Under the pieces are notes generated by a model. It was not told the DNA's origin and made no database searches. It saw only the letters and a list, made by a program, of their open reading frames with translations. Of a stretch of DNA of 64,000 nt, positions 1-14,361 are shown one piece after another. Both the position numbers and the translations under genes were made by a program. Position 1 is the first letter of the stretch; each line of letters opens with the position of its first letter. Origin of the DNA: Octopus bimaculoides. Its lineage: Eukaryota. Where the stretch lies: positions 161,914,383 to 161,978,382 of the forward strand of contig NC_068982.1 of assembly GCF_001194135.2 (NCBI RefSeq), given 5' to 3'.

Positions 1-199
1 AGTAAGTTAAGTTTTAATTTTTACTCACAATGCAGACATATACATGTGTACACGTGCACACACACACACAGATACATGTTTCATTTAATATACACAGTAT
101 TTAAATATGAGCTACTAATAGTTTTATGCAGTGGAAACACTATAATTCACCAGATTTATATATCATGCCTTGTGTCTCCAAGTAATGTGTCTATTAAAT

Positions 200-495
200 C
201 AGGGGTTTTCAAACTTTTTGACTTGCGGACCCCTTTATATTTCAGGCTTTACCTTAGGAACCCCCTTATAAACGCTTATGAAATTTATACATAAATATTT
301 GCTTAAAATAACATATTTTTACATTTATTTATTTAACAGTATTTAACAAAATAGGTTTATTGTCAATTAAAAGATTTCGATTAAAAAACATATATAAAAT
401 CAAATTGCCCATAAAAAGTATTTGCTGTCCACGGATCCCCTGTCTTGTCCTTGCGGACCCCCTGTGGTCCGCGGACCACAGTTTGAAAACCCCTG
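200..495. mobile_element. Non-autonomous hAT-superfamily MITE, 296 bp
   Basis: Perfect 16-bp TIRs (CAGGGGTTTTCAAACT at 200-215, AGTTTGAAAACCCCTG at 480-495) and an exact 8-bp TSD TATTAAAT (192-199, 496-503). An 8-bp TSD with CAG termini is typical of hAT. Confidence 0.9.
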
Positions 496-834
496 TATTA
501 AATGATCTGTATCTCTCACTGGCTGGATTACTTTTTTTGTTGATCTTACTAATCACAGCACAGGAAATTACATATATTTGTATGCATAAGTGAACAAACC
601 TACCAATCATTGTCAAAATGTCTTGTTAATTAAATTGTAATTCGACCAATAAGTTCATTGTTTAAGATGAAAATGTTTTCTTTTTTCAGTGTTTACATCT
701 ACACAATATATTGATTAGTTTTCACTGGAGATGTAATTAGTACCAGACTGGATTTGAACTAAAAACCTATATTTTTAAACTAAGAGTAATAACGTATGTG
801 TCACTTGTGTAGGGAAAATGATTATTACCCATAG

Positions 835-1025
835 GTTAGGTGGCAAGGTGGACGGAACGTTGAGCGGTGTTTTGCCCATCACTACAGTCTGAGTTCAAAT
901 TCCACCGTGGTCAACTTTACCTTTCGTCCTTTCAGGATTGATAAATTTAGTACCAGTAAAACACTGGGATTTATGTAATCAACTAGTTCCTTCCCCACAA
1001 ATTTCAGGCCTTATGCCTTTATTAT
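835..1025 (+). mobile_element. Family A SINE
   Basis: gagttcaaattcc...aaatttcaggccttatgcc modules. Confidence 0.8.
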
Positions 1026-4000
1026 TACCCTTAGCTAAGAATTCAGCTATTTCTCATGTGTTGTTCTTGCATATAACTGATTGGTAGCCTAATTGTTAAA
1101 GAATATTATTACTTAGTTAAGAAATAGAGTTCCTAATCTGATACTATGTACACATCTAGGAATAGGACATCAGACAATGATTGGAGATTGAACTGATCAA
1201 AACAAAGTAGGTGTAAACGTTAATTAATCCCTATATATATTTTAATATGAGTATTTGCAACCTGATTAATCAATTATATATTTAAAACTTTAGGACGTCT
1301 TCCCCTCATTGTGGATTTAAAAAAAAAATTTTATGTATTCATTTTTTCCCATTGTTGCTGAAATACTTTGGGTTAGTTTAGGTACTTAATGACATTTCTT
1401 ACTGAAAATATCTTCTTCCTTTTCTCACTGAAATAATGTCTGTTTTTACCCTTTGATGACAAACTTGAGAGTAAGTAACAGATATCATTGCCACATGTAG
1501 GGTGAATTTTAAACTCCAAAACTTTCTTGATTAACATAGCAATTATAATAATTATAACAAGAAAATAATAATTTCTAAAATAAGAACAAAGCAACAAATT
1601 TTAAGAGAGGGTATAGTTTCTCTCTCCTCTTCTTATCGTAGGCACAAGGCCATGCATTGTTAAGAAGGGTTTAGTTGTTTAGATTGGTCCCTGTAGTTGA
1701 CTGGAAGTATTTTTTTTCCTAACCACAGAAAGACTAAAATCAAAATCATTGTCAAGAAGATTGGGACTCAGAAAGTAAATATGCCAAAGTATCTAATCTA
1801 ACATTCTTATGCATTAACTTTATTTGAGTAAATATAAATTGTTAAATGATTTCAATAGATTTCTCAATGGAAATACTTCATTCTTTGTTTATATATATCA
1901 GTGATAAATTTTAACTGTATTATGTGAATTTAGGTTATATCTTAGCAGTGGCATTTAGTGTTCTAATATTGAAGTGTGGAAACAATCCTCCAGTATTTGA
2001 ACATTATCACTTTATCAGTTGTTTACAGTAACTCAGTTCTGTTGTATAATAAAAATACATCAACATATATAAAGGTGTGGCTACGTATTTAAGAAGGTTG
2101 CTTTCTGACCAGAAGGTTTCAGGTTTACTCCACCATGTGGTACCTTGGGTTAGCACCTTCTACTATAGCTGTGGGTTGACCAAAGCCTTGTGATTGGATT
2201 TGGTAGATGGAAACTAAAAGAAGCCTGTTGTCTATATGTGTGTGCATGTGTATGTGTGAATTTCTTTGTTTTGACATCACATGATAGTTGTAAATAATAG
2301 TCGCTGTCATACAAGCAGAGTCGTTTATTTCTAATGTTCTGTGCGAACATGTCTGATCATAAGGAAATACTACCTTGCTTGGAAACAGGTGAAGGTTGGT
2401 GACACAAAAGGCATCTGGGTGTATAAAATCTGTTGCAATAAACTCTTATCTCATGCAAGCAAGGAAAAGTGAACATTAAATGATGATGATAATGAAACAC
2501 ATTATGGACAGTGGATGGTGGAATCCACAGGGTAGTGGACAGAATTCACTGTTGTTTTTGGTTACATACATGTTGATTCTGTGCTCAAATCCTGCCCAGA
2601 TTGATTTTGCCTTTCATTTTATTGAAGGTCACTAAATGCCTATAAAGTGCTTGGTTTGATATAACTGGCTGTATCTTTGATGGTTTTGTCTTTGTAATAC
2701 AATAGTCCATGAATGAAACCAGTAAAAGAACAAAGAATACATGACCTTGATTTAAAAACCAAGCTAATTCAAGTACATGTAATAAGAACATAGTATACCA
2801 TGATTTTCAATTTCTTTAGAATTTCTAAGCTGTATATTTCCTATCCTCTGCCCTGAATTAGACATAGACATGTTAAGGATATTCTGTGATGTACAGAATA
2901 TGGTGACTGATAATTTATGCAAACATTGGTCAGCATTGGTTTATCTCTTTCAGCGCATCTGACTGGTATAAAAAGTTTGATGACAACCTGAGGAGATTTG
3001 AGCTGGTGATGTTGGCATTAAGTCTGGGTTTTATCTAAAGTAATCTTTGTAGTAAGATGAAATATATTTACTCATACATAATAGAACATAAATCTTTAAT
3101 TTGTAAAGTAGCAGTAGAAAACTATGCACCAGTTGGAGAGAGGCAATGTAAGATCCTCCACATGGTTGCTTGATTTGGTAGAAATAGCAACCAAATCTCC
3201 ATCTCTTAAAGAACAAAGACATATTGAATAATGTAGTCCTAAGTATCATATATTTGATTGAAAGTCACTTTTGTTCATCAGTTTATATGATCAAGAGTAA
3301 TCTAGGACTAAATAGCAGCTTCGTAAGTGTGGACATGTGATGCATGAGAAAGATAAAATAAAGTGATGTTTATATTGTTGTGGTTTCCAAAGAGTAGATA
3401 TTATTCTATGGTGACAAATGTAGTTTTGTATTGGTAACAATAACCATAGTTTTACAACAAGATGTTAACTGGTCCATTTTGTATTGTGACAATAGTCATA
3501 ATAAAAGAAATTAATAATGCAAGTAATTTGAATTTAAATTTTTAGTAGTCTGTATGGCACAGTTGTTAACTGAAAGGTTGGTGGTTCAAGTCCACCCAGG
3601 ATCGTATGATGCATAAAGCACAGCTATGGTTGTGTGGATCAGAAGCTTGCTTCCTAGCCATGTGATCCTGGTTCAATGCCACTGCATAGTACTTTAGGCG
3701 AGTGCCTTCTCCTATAGCCCTAGGTTGATCAAAACCTGAGGATAAATTGGGTGACCAAAAGAAGCCCATCGCGCGCACGCGTGTGTGTTTGTGTGTGTGT
3801 ATCTTTGTCGTGACATCATTGAATAATTGTAAAAGAGCATCATCATCATACTAGTGATGTTTGTTTCAGTTTTCCATGAAAAATATGTCTAGATATGAGA
3901 AAATATTACCCTTAAACAAACTATGGTTGGCTGCAGGAAAGGCATCTGGCTGTAGAAAACCTATCTCGACAAGTTCTGTCTGACCTATGCAAGCATGGAA

Positions 4001-4486
4001 AATTGGATGTTAAATGATGAGGATGAAGACTTCCTTTGAAAAAGCTTGAATGTCTTAAAGTGTTCTCTCCCTCCTTTCCTCTGTTCCCCTTAGAGAATTT
4101 GTTTATGGAAGAAATCAATATCGTTCAACAAGTTATTGTTGCCATGTATTGATCGTTCTTACTTTAGTTCATTGAACTGACCATTTCTTAACCATTCTTA
4201 ATAATAGATATTAACAGAACTAAGCATCTATTCTCACCTTAGTAATAGTCCTGATGGAACTGGCCATTTTTTTTTTATCATTCCTACTTTATTAACATAA
4301 TTGTAGAACTGACTGTCTATTACCCATTCTTATCTCTGTCAACCATCTGTTGACCATGCTAGACATGCTGGAACCTTGTCTATTAACCCTTGATACTTTA
4401 ATAGATATACTGAAACTGGTTTTATATTGACCATTCTTCCTTTATTGGCGTAATGATGGAAATTACTGTCTGTTAACCATTCTATC

Positions 4487-4714
4487 TTAACCCTTTGGCA
4501 TTTAAACTGGCCATATCCAGCCAAAATATTCTACCAGTTTAATGTTCAAAGCAGCCAGATTCAGCTTCTCACACCTGCCTTACAATGTCATTCTAAAAAT
4601 AAACAATCACATCATAAAAATCTTGAAGCTATGAGATAAGGCACAATTATTTTAAAACAATGTGAATGAATAAGCATTATATTTGCCAGAGTAATCTGAG
4701 CACTAAAGGATTAA
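4487..4714. mobile_element. piggyBac-like MITE, copy 1 (~220 bp)
   Basis: TTAA-CCCTTTGGCA...CACTAAAGGA-TTAA; shares internal sequence with the copies at 33820 and 39974. Confidence 0.75.
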
Positions 4715-5762
4715 TAGATGGAACCCATCATCTGTTGTTTATTTAAATTAATAATAAACTTGATGGTAAATAGAACCATCTGCTAGAGATTCTTGCTATT
4801 GTAATTGACATGTTGGTAATAGTGACCCTCAGTTGACTATATCTTTCTAAGTCATTTCTTCCTATAATATGGGAGCACTCTAATTTCAAACTATCCTGTA
4901 TTTCTGATCATTGATAAAACCATTTTAGGTTACAGTCTAATGAGATAATTTAATTGCAATGAAGCACTTGTTTGAGTTAGAATCTGTGACATTGGGATAT
5001 AATTAAATGAAAGTCTTCATGTGTCCAAGTTACCTTGAAAAATGATGTTCTGACACCATTTTTCGAGATAATCTGTAAAGTCAACATTTGTTGTAGTTCT
5101 TGTTTGAACTAGGGTCAAACAACAGTTGAACAGACCTTTAACCAGATACAGTCTGAATTATATTTCTAGCATATTGTTTCTAAGACTGCATAGTTCTATC
5201 CATGTTATTCCTCATTCCATTTTCAAGATGGAGGGAGATTTGGCTACTATTTCTAGCAGGTTGAGCAAATGTGTAGAGGCTCTCTCTAATGGTTTCTTAG
5301 TACATGCATTAAATTTCTTTAAATTGCATTTCATTAAAAAAGAATGAAGAAAATCTTTTCTTCTTTAGTATGCTGTATTTACAGTATAGTTAACATTTTT
5401 GTTTTTAGTTGTTTTCTTTAAGTGGTAGTGGGGTTAATTAAAAATGGAAGAATTATCTTGCAAAATATTTGATGTCAATTAGTGTTGGGAGGGTAAGAGC
5501 AAATAACAAACTCTTGGGATTATTGATTCTCTGCCTGGAGTTGCTGCAAGCATTCCATTATACACAGGTGATGTTCAGTTTGATACAGGTGATGGGACAG
5601 GCGGACTGTCAGCATAGCTTTGCTCTCATTGTTACTAAATAGATCATTTTTCTTTGGAAACAGCTGCATCTGCAGTGATCCTGCACAATTCTATTATAAC
5701 TTTAGTGTTCTTACTGCAGAAAACTGTTGATTTCTTATTTCTTTTTCTTCCAGAAGTCCTTA

Positions 5763-5763
5763 A

Positions 5764-5810
<47 letters not shown>
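5763..5810. repeat. (ATT)n microsatellite
   Basis: Direct reading. Confidence 0.95.
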
Positions 5811-5812
<2 letters not shown>

Positions 5813-8800
5813 TACTGAGTTTTTTTGTAGTTGTTATTCTTTTACAGTAGCATTTGATCTCTTTGATAAGTTATGGGATCTTATCTGAACATTTTGATTA
5901 AATAATTAAGCTACTTATGACTATTTATACTTACATTTAATCTTAATGCTCTCACACCATGTTCTGGCTTGTTAAGCATGGTATCTAATTTAGTTTTAAA
6001 TCTAAGATATTATTCAAAAAAGAAACTCTAGCAATTACTATGGCTTATTACTGTTATTCATTCCAATTTCACCATGAATGACAAGAATTTTACATGATAG
6101 AAGGTAAGATGGGACTACATCTCTTATACATATCTTATGTATAAAGATCATTATTACATATTAAATCATTGTTACTGGCTTCTTGTCACTGTTAGAGATA
6201 TAATATGTAAGTAATGGCATATCTGGCTATATAGGTATAATTGAGCCAAAGAGAAAGAACCTCTTTGTGATCTCTTGGCCTGTTCAAATAGCAGCAAAAT
6301 CTTGCTCAAATCACACCCTACAGCCCTGTAAATAGAAGTATTGAATACTCTAGTTCCACATATGTAGTGCTTGAAAAAAGGATGTGATGGTTATGGCTAG
6401 ATTGTCTTTGATCATATATCTGCTTGGCTAGGGGTAATTTGATGCACCTCCCCTGCCAAAAAAAACAAAAAAACATGTAATCTGAAGTAAGCTCTTTTCT
6501 TCTCTTTCTTAGATACTGTTTAACATTGACATGACTTTAGATCATGGTAGCCAAAACAAGCTACAATTTTATAGCTAAAGTGGTTTTTGTGTTGAAACAA
6601 TTTTCTTTTTACAGTCAGATAATCTTACCATTAACCACTCAACCATGAAGTCAGTAGAACTTGTTAGGAAATCTGGATTAAGAAAAGTTGACCAACTAGG
6701 CAGAAAAATATTCAAAAATGTCTTGCTAATTCTTATGAAATAAACAGGAAATATCTTAATCCTTAAAACAAACTGTGATACTATCAAATTGTTGTTTTAC
6801 AATAGATATTTAATAATATACAGAAGAACATAGATTATGCCAGTTTATTTATTTGTTTTGTTTGTTTATTTTTAATTCTTTAACATTGTCTCTCATGTCT
6901 GTTTTCTCACACAGTTTTAGTGATGTTCAGGCTTAGCAACAGTTAAGTCATAATGATAACCATAATGAAATACTCCCAATGATTGTTCAGTTGCACAGGC
7001 AGTAAATGTATACCTGCTAATATTATGGAGGTTGTAACATGGCCCATCACCACCTCCATCATATTTTAAGATTAATATCATAGTTTGAAAGTACTTATAT
7101 CTGGGAATATGCAACTGTTATGGACACATGCACAGTTATTCAAATATATGCCTATCTCTGTGGATTGATAAAGACTTATATTTGCAACCACTGATCACAG
7201 ATGCATTGTTTCTTTGTTCTGTTTCATACCATTACTATATTAGCTTCTTTTCATCTAAGCTAATGTGGCACCGTCTGTTCTCAACTGTTTCACCTCCTAA
7301 ACTCTGCACTAAATACTTTGCTCACTTCTTTCTCTTCAGAACCACATTTGGTTGGAGTTGCCCTCTCTGTCGTCTTTTTGCTATGAACATCAACTTATTG
7401 AAATTCAGGTTGAACATTAACTATATCAATCTTATCCCTTTCAGAGAGCTTGCGTGCTACCATTCTATCTCTGATTTAATCAGGATAATGATAAATTCTA
7501 ACATAGGTACAGGGCTACAAATTTTAAAGGGTAGATGGTTAGCCAATTAAATTGATCCAATACTCTACTGGTATTATATTACCAACTTAGCCTTCCATTC
7601 AAAAAGATGGATGGCAAACTTTGCATTGGCCAAATTTGAACTTGGAATGTAATGAACTAGAACAAATACTGTAAGCATTTCGTTTTATGTTGTAATGATT
7701 CTGCCTCAGTTATTACTGCACATTCTTTTGTAAAGGGGACCAATAAACAAAATCAACCCCAGTAGATAATTGGTATGTCAAAATTGTTATTGTCTCAGTT
7801 CAGCCTTTGTTAAGCAGAGTGATGATCAAAGATGTCACATCCATGACCATCCTGTCTTTATGATTATCAGGTCTTAAATTGTATCCCTCTCTCTCTTTTT
7901 TTTTTTAAATTTTTTAAGATAGTCAGGTGTAGCTTGAGGGAGATGTAACTGTTGTTTCTAACTGGCTGAATGATTGTGTTGAGACCCCCTGTTTGAAGTA
8001 TTTGTATTGTTTTATTAGTAACCTATGTAAACTGACAAATATAGAGGCCATAGCAGTTGTTTATATAATCTCAACACAAGACTGAAACTAATCCAACTGA
8101 TTATTCTTTTTCTGTCCATTGTATATTATTGTATTGAAATTTATATATAAAACAAGGTATTTGCATCAGTTGGTTAAAATCTACAAATATATTTTGTATA
8201 GCAGTGATATAATTACAGTTGAAAATGAAGTTATTGATAGAGCAATATCTAGAATTCAAGGCAGAAGTTTTGAGAATTGCTGCCTTTATTGAAAACCTAA
8301 GGTTTCCATCTCCTTATGTTAGGAGTAAACTGTATAAAAAATACAAAATAAAAAAATACAAATAAGGGTAATGGACTGTGACTGAGTCTTTACAGCAGAT
8401 GGAGAAGAATGAATTGACCAGCTTATTAAAGTGTGCAGGTTTGAGTGTCAGTGATTTGAGAGAGAATAATTGGAAACTGGGGTTGTTGGTCCATGGAGGT
8501 AAAGTAATAAGTAGACCTGTGATTAATGTTGCCTTGTCATAACCATTCTATCTTTATTTGGACATAGTGTATCTTGGACTGCATTATCCAATGTGTTGTT
8601 TTTTTAAGATGGTAGCATATGAATTAAAGGAGATGGATTTGATTACTATTTTTAGCATGTTGAGTGACCATGAAAAAGCTTCCTTTTGGCTTTAGTATGA
8701 ATATGTAATATGAATGGATAAAAGATGCTAGAGTGTGGATGGTTCCTGTAGTAGTTTGTAGAAGACAGCATTTGGTAAGTCAGTCATTGTTAGGACTGAT

Positions 8801-10150
8801 CAAATCAGATGAGTCAGGATTGAGAAGTCTGGAAATAGTAATACAGGCTCATTTCATGTCAGCTGATTTTAAGCCAAAAGATAATGAGGATAATGGCAAT
8901 GATGATGATGACAGTGAAGAATTATATTTCTAAGAGGCTTAGTTTAATCTAAATGATATTACATAATGAATAAATGTATATTTTTGGAATCTTGGATTTA
9001 GTTGCTTTCACGAAATTAGAAGAGTTAATAACTGCCATCATTTCAGTCAGTATTATTGGCTGATCAATGTTATTAAAGGAAGTTAAACCCTTGTAAAATA
9101 CTGGTGCCTAAATATTTTTTCAGATAAAATACTGGTGCCTGAATATGCTTTCAGATTCTGTTACAAAATGAATATTATATTTTGAAAATATTTAAAGGAT
9201 ACTGCGAGAAATAGCTAAAAACTAATTTCTCGATATCAATTTTTAAATATTTGCAGAAATATATAAATATATATATATAAAATGTTTTTCTTTATTGATT
9301 TCATTCTACTATTAGTAGCATATTGAGTTAATTAAAGTGTTGAAAGTGCTGATAAGTCAAATTAAAATATATTGACAAAAGGTAGTATTCAATAACTTTG
9401 CACTTTGAAAGGATTTCAGTTCCAATTTCATGTTTAATAATTTGAATAACAGGCAAATATTTAGAGGGTTTCTAGTATAGTCTTTCAATGAAGGAAGGAT
9501 TAAATAACAGTGCATGCACACTCAGTACGTTTAGTACTAGTGGTTTGACTTGAAACCCATTCATACATCATCTAAGTAAAATTGTTTGGTAGCTGAATTG
9601 CATATTTGCTTCTACAACACTGGGTGATGTTGAAAACGCAACAATTCACCACCACCTCCACTGCCATCGACACTGCTACCACTACCTTTTTTACATCTAC
9701 TTTCTCTATGCTAATGGGTTTGATGAAAGTTATCGAAATAGTTTTCAAAAACCGGTTGCTCTTTCTGTTACTAATCTTTACTTGTGTTTCATGTGTTTAT
9801 TCCATTGGTCTTCACATGCCATGAAACCACTTAGGGATAGGATGGAACATTTTGTTTATGACAGATATAAACACTGTCTCCATTTTTTGTTTCATTTGGT
9901 GACAATGTGAAAACATGGAAATTTACACAGATGTCTATACTTGACAAATAAAAATGGAAGTTTTAATCATCTGATAGACAGGCAGACATTACAAAAATAG
10001 TGATTCTCACTTTGAAACTGACAATTTTGAGGATCTTTTTAGATTACGGAACGTCCCGCTCTCTCATATCCATTTTATAATTTCAGTGCAATCAGATGAA
10101 CAATACTTGAGTTATAAGCACATAAAAAACTGACAGAATGGGATTTATAT

Positions 10151-10359
10151 ATCATCATCATCATCATCATCATCGTTAAACGTCCGCTTTCCATGCTAGC
10201 ATGGGTTGGACGATTTGACTGAGGACTGGTGAAACCGGATGGCAACACCAGGCTCCAGTCTGATTTGGCAGAGTTTCTACAGCTGGATGCCCTTCCTAAC
10301 GCCAACCACTCAGAGAGTGTAGTGGGTGCTTTTACGTGTCACCTGCACGAAGGCCAGTC
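10151..10359 (-). mobile_element. Family C SINE 3' part with (GAT)n tail
   Basis: Reverse complement contains gttggcgttaggaagggcatccagc...ccaacccatgctagcatggaaagcggacgtttaacgatgatgatg; related copies at about 23420-23605, 25180-25770, 30180-30450 and 55470-56070. Confidence 0.85.
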
Positions 10360-10961
10360 ATATATATATATATATATATATATATANNNNNNNNNNNNNN
10401 NNNNNNNNNNNNNNNNNNNNNNNNNNNNNNNNNNNNNNNNNNNNNNNNNNNNNNNNNNNNNNNNNNNNNNNNNNNNNNNNNNNNNNNNNNNNNNNNNNNN
10501 NNNNNNNNNNNNNNNNNNNNNNNNNNNNNNNNNNNNNNNNNNNNNNNNNNNNNNNNNNNNNNNNNNNNNNNNNNNNNNNNNNNNNNNNNNNNNNNNNNNN
10601 NNNNNNNNNNNNNNNNNNNNNNNNNNNNNNNNNNNNNNNNNNNNNNNNNNNNNNNNNNNNNNNNNNNNNNNNNNNNNNNNNNNNNNNNNNNNNNNNNNNN
10701 NNNNNNNNNNNNNNNNNNNNNNNNNNNNNNNNNNNNNNNNNNNNNNNNNNNNNNNNNNNNNNNNNNNNNNNNNNNNNNNNNNNNNNNNNNNNNNNNNNNN
10801 NNNNNNNNNNNNNNNNNNNNNNNNNNNNNNNNNNNNNNNNNNNNNNNNNNNNNNNNNNNNNNNNNNNNNNNNNNNNNNNNNNNNNNNNNNNNNNNNNNNN
10901 NNNNNNNNNNNNNNNNNNNNNNNNNNNNNNNNNNNNNNNNNNNNNNNNNNNNNNNNNNNNN

Positions 10962-11269
10962 TGAAGCTAGTATGATCCGCTGGATGTGTAATGTCAGTGT
11001 GCACACACGACAGAGTGTAAGCGCCCTGAGAGAAATGTTGGACATAAGAAGCATCGGATGTGGCGTGCAAGAGAGATGTTTGCACTGGTATGGTCATGTA
11101 CTATGGATGGATGAGGAGAGATGAGTGATGAAGTGCCACTCCCAAACAGTTGAAGGAATCCGGAGTAGAGGTAGACCCAGGAAGACATGGGATGAAGTGG
11201 TCAAGCATGATCTTCGAACGTTGGGCCTCACAGAGGCAATGACGAAAGACCGAGACCTCTGGAGATATG
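10962..11269 (+). mobile_element. 3' end of an RTE-clade LINE (5' side lost in the N-gap)
   Basis: Translates as EASMIRWMCNVSVH...ERCLHWYGHV...RGRPRKTWDEVVKHDLRTLGLTEAMTKDRDLWRY, a typical RTE ORF C-terminus. Confidence 0.85.
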
Positions 11270-11699
11270 TTTTAACATTCCTGTAACTTAGTGTTTTGGC
11301 AAGAGAAACCGGTAGAATAAGTATCAGTCATTTAAAAAGAAAAAATACTGGGCTTGATTCGTTCGACTAAAATTCTTCAAGATGGTGCTGCAGTCTGATG
11401 ACTGGAAAGAAAGTAAAAGATAAAAGATGTATATATAAAAAATGTTATAACATAATTTGCTATCATCTAAATATATGGCATTTTACAAGATAATATTTAT
11501 ATTTAATAAGAATGTTTAGCACACCCATTTTACTAAATACAGTATACTATTGCATGATAATGATTCAGTAGTCACAATAGACAACTGTATAAAAAATTTT
11601 AAGTAATCGTAGTACGCAATCATCATCATCATCAGCAGCAGCAGCTGTCTGTTTTCCATGCTAGCATAGGTTGGATAGATTTTCCCCAACATTGCACCT

Positions 11700-12570
11700 C
11701 ACCACTTATTGCAGTTTCTTGTCATTTTCTTTGTGACGCTCAGCTTCTTTAAATCAGCTGTCACCACTTCTTAGCATGTTTTACCTCTTGTCCCACTTGA
11801 CACATCTTTATCCATTTGTCTTCGTGTATAAACATCACATGTCCATATAAGCCCAGTTTCCTCTCTTGCACACTGATTTCTGTGATACCTAGTTCTTTCT
11901 TCACCAGCTCGTTTGTGCTACATCATTTATGCAGACTAACATTACATATCCAGCTGAACATGCTTACATTATTATTTTTTTTTTTTTTCCCCTGTTTCAC
12001 ATATCGTTCTCATTAGCACTCATGTTTTGCTACATATGCAGTATCACACTTCATGTACAAGGGTCATACAATCTCCTCTTCACTTGGGGAAAAAATTCCT
12101 TGTGGTGAAGGTAATAGTTTATTCTGGCTATCATGATTTCAGAATAGTCATCTCTACTGTTAATTAGCTCACCTAAGTAACTGATGCTGTCATCTAATTC
12201 CTGAGAATTTTCCAGGCATCGGAAATATTAATTTCATAGGCCTTATTGCTAACTACTACTATGTATGTACTACATAAATAAAAAAAAAGAATTCTTATTT
12301 ATCAGCTTGTCAGAGATACCATTGCATCTCCACAATTTACATTACATACACAATATAAAGTTTTTACGAACTTCTTTTCTGATGAGCATAGCTATTTACC
12401 AAATGGTCACCTATAGATTTGAGACCTAGCTTTCACATCTATAATTTCTTCTCTACTTCAATAGAAGTATGAGAACTTGGTTATCAACATACATAAGTTT
12501 CCATGAATGCCAGTCTTAAACTCCTGTTATGGACTGGATAGCAATAACAAACAAGAAGGAAGCTAAGAAC
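11700..12570 (-). mobile_element. Degenerate RTE LINE fragment (RT domain to C-terminus)
   Basis: The reverse strand near 12480-12570 gives VLS.LL..I.IQSIT..FKTG..WKLMYVD (RT YADD region). Near 11930-11960 it gives an ASM..W.CNVS remnant. Confidence 0.65.
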
Positions 12571-12669
12571 ATACTCCTGGCAGGCACCTATATATGTACT
12601 AAATTCCTTGCTGAATTCATAACTGCTTTATGGTTAAACAATATGTTCAACTATCTACAATATTGTTAT

Positions 12670-13125
12670 GTATAATAATGTTTCATTAACCATAGTACAC
12701 CTATGTATAATATTGTTTCACCAAACATAATACATCACAGTATAATAATGCTTCACTAATCACAGTATATGCTATATAATCTTTTCTTCTATAGGCACAA
12801 GGCTTGAAATTTTGGGGGAGTGGGCTAGTTGATTATATTGACCCCAGTCCTTGACTGGTACATATTTTATCAACTCAGCAAAGATGAAAGGCAAAGTCAA
12901 CCCCTGTGGAATTTAAACTTAGAAGTTACAGCTAGTAAAAAAAGCTGCTATGCATTTTGTCTGGTATGCTAGTGATTTAGCCAATTTGTTGCTTTATACA
13001 TCACTATAAAATGTTTTACCAACCACATCACATCCCTGTATAATAATGTTTCACCATCTGCAATACATGACTATAATAATGTTTCACTAACTACAGTACA
13101 CCACTGTATAATAATGTTCCATGCA
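12670..13125. repeat. ~35-bp minisatellite (about 7-8 units) split by a family A SINE at about 12780-12990
   Basis: The unit core gtataataatgtttcac recurs on both sides of the SINE. Confidence 0.8.
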
Positions 13126-14323
13126 CTACATATTCCCTGTTTCTCTAGGCACAATTACTCCATTGATTTAACTTTATTTCTCCTGACCTTGTACACTGGT
13201 GTATGTACAAAAGTAGACAGACCATGTTTACAGGAATAGATAGACCTTGTGAACAATAATACTCACTGGAGTAATGTGACATTGTCTATAGGATCAGTGA
13301 AGATATAAGTAATTTGAATATTTACAAAGTATTAATTACTAGTGTTGTGTTGATCACCTTTTACATGAGATTTCTTGAGCCTTCATCATTGCTTTTGGAT
13401 AGGGCTTAATATAAAACTTCTGATAATTCCCTTATCTTCCCTTCTTTCCCCACTTTCTCCTTACTGCAGTAGCAGCTGCTGCTGCTGCTACTACTGGTGC
13501 AGTCAGTGTATGACAACATTATCTCTGTCTATAGGACAATGGACCCACCAATTAATGTTGAGTGTGTAAAGTCAGGGAGGGAACAAGGGGAAGGGGAGAA
13601 GATAGTAGATTGATATCTAAAGAGTCTGTCAGGCAATACCAGGGACTACATTCTAGCATCTGATCACATCCATAGTTGATTTTCTTCCTGTCTCTATCAT
13701 GCATCCACAAGCAGCTATTATAAGCCTAAATATCTGCTATGCAGTATTTTGGGATCTTTCTAGGCATGATTTGCTGCAGTTATTTTACTAGATTTCAATT
13801 CCAAGATTTATTTTACTGTTCAAGGAAAATTTACTACAACATGGACTGTATGTAAAAAAAATATCTTAAACTGTAGTATTCTAAAGATAAAGGAATGAAG
13901 TTGGGCGGTAATGTAATACTTGTACAAGGAGCAACAGGAGGAGATCCTGCCTCAGACAAATTACAGTTCTATGCATTGGTAAGAAAATGCTCTGCTATAG
14001 ACAGTCCTTATGTTGGAGAAAACAGGTATTTTCTTATTTTTGGAATTTTGATACATTAGATAAGACTATTCTAAAGGTTTATTCTTTAAAGTTAGTCAAC
14101 TGTTGTAATTGTGAAGTAAATATCACCTTAAAATCTTTTAAGTGTATGTGTATATATACACAGACACACACACACACGATTTTCTTCTCATACTTATGTA
14201 GATAAACATACAGAAAGTTTGATTCATTACTGTTAACATACTCATCTTAATCAACATACATGAGTGTACATGCACATATCTATGTGTGTGTGTGTGTGCA
14301 CATATGCGCATGTGTGCATATTT

Positions 14324-14361
<38 letters not shown>

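Noticed and set aside
835-910. tRNA-like A/B-box sequences, many copies
   Set aside because: These are SINE heads joined to SINE bodies and tails; none was seen to form a complete cloverleaf, so no tRNA gene is called.
6490-6580. Strong acceptor-like tract (ctcttttcttctctttcttag|), likewise at about 33050
   Set aside because: All frames stop shortly after with no matching donor and no Trio similarity.
7128-7550. 140-aa ORF
   Set aside because: No recognisable motif, F/L/S/I-rich composition typical of AT-rich chance frames, no convincing splice signals, and it runs into a SINE.
8739-8780. ATG-initiated 12 codons (MVPVVVCRRQHL) ending at TTG|GTAAGT in phase 0
   Set aside because: Good donor but no acceptor or promoter-like context, and it lies among decayed repeats; consensus hexamers occur by chance several times in 64 kb.
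9095-9156. Two 31-bp tandem copies (aaaatactggtgcct...tcagat)
   Set aside because: Simple local slippage duplication with no further structure.
10229-11124. Long ORFs full of X (also 16655-17017, 20644-21551, 53159-53426)
   Set aside because: Created by N-runs; only the RTE tail after 10962 is meaningful.
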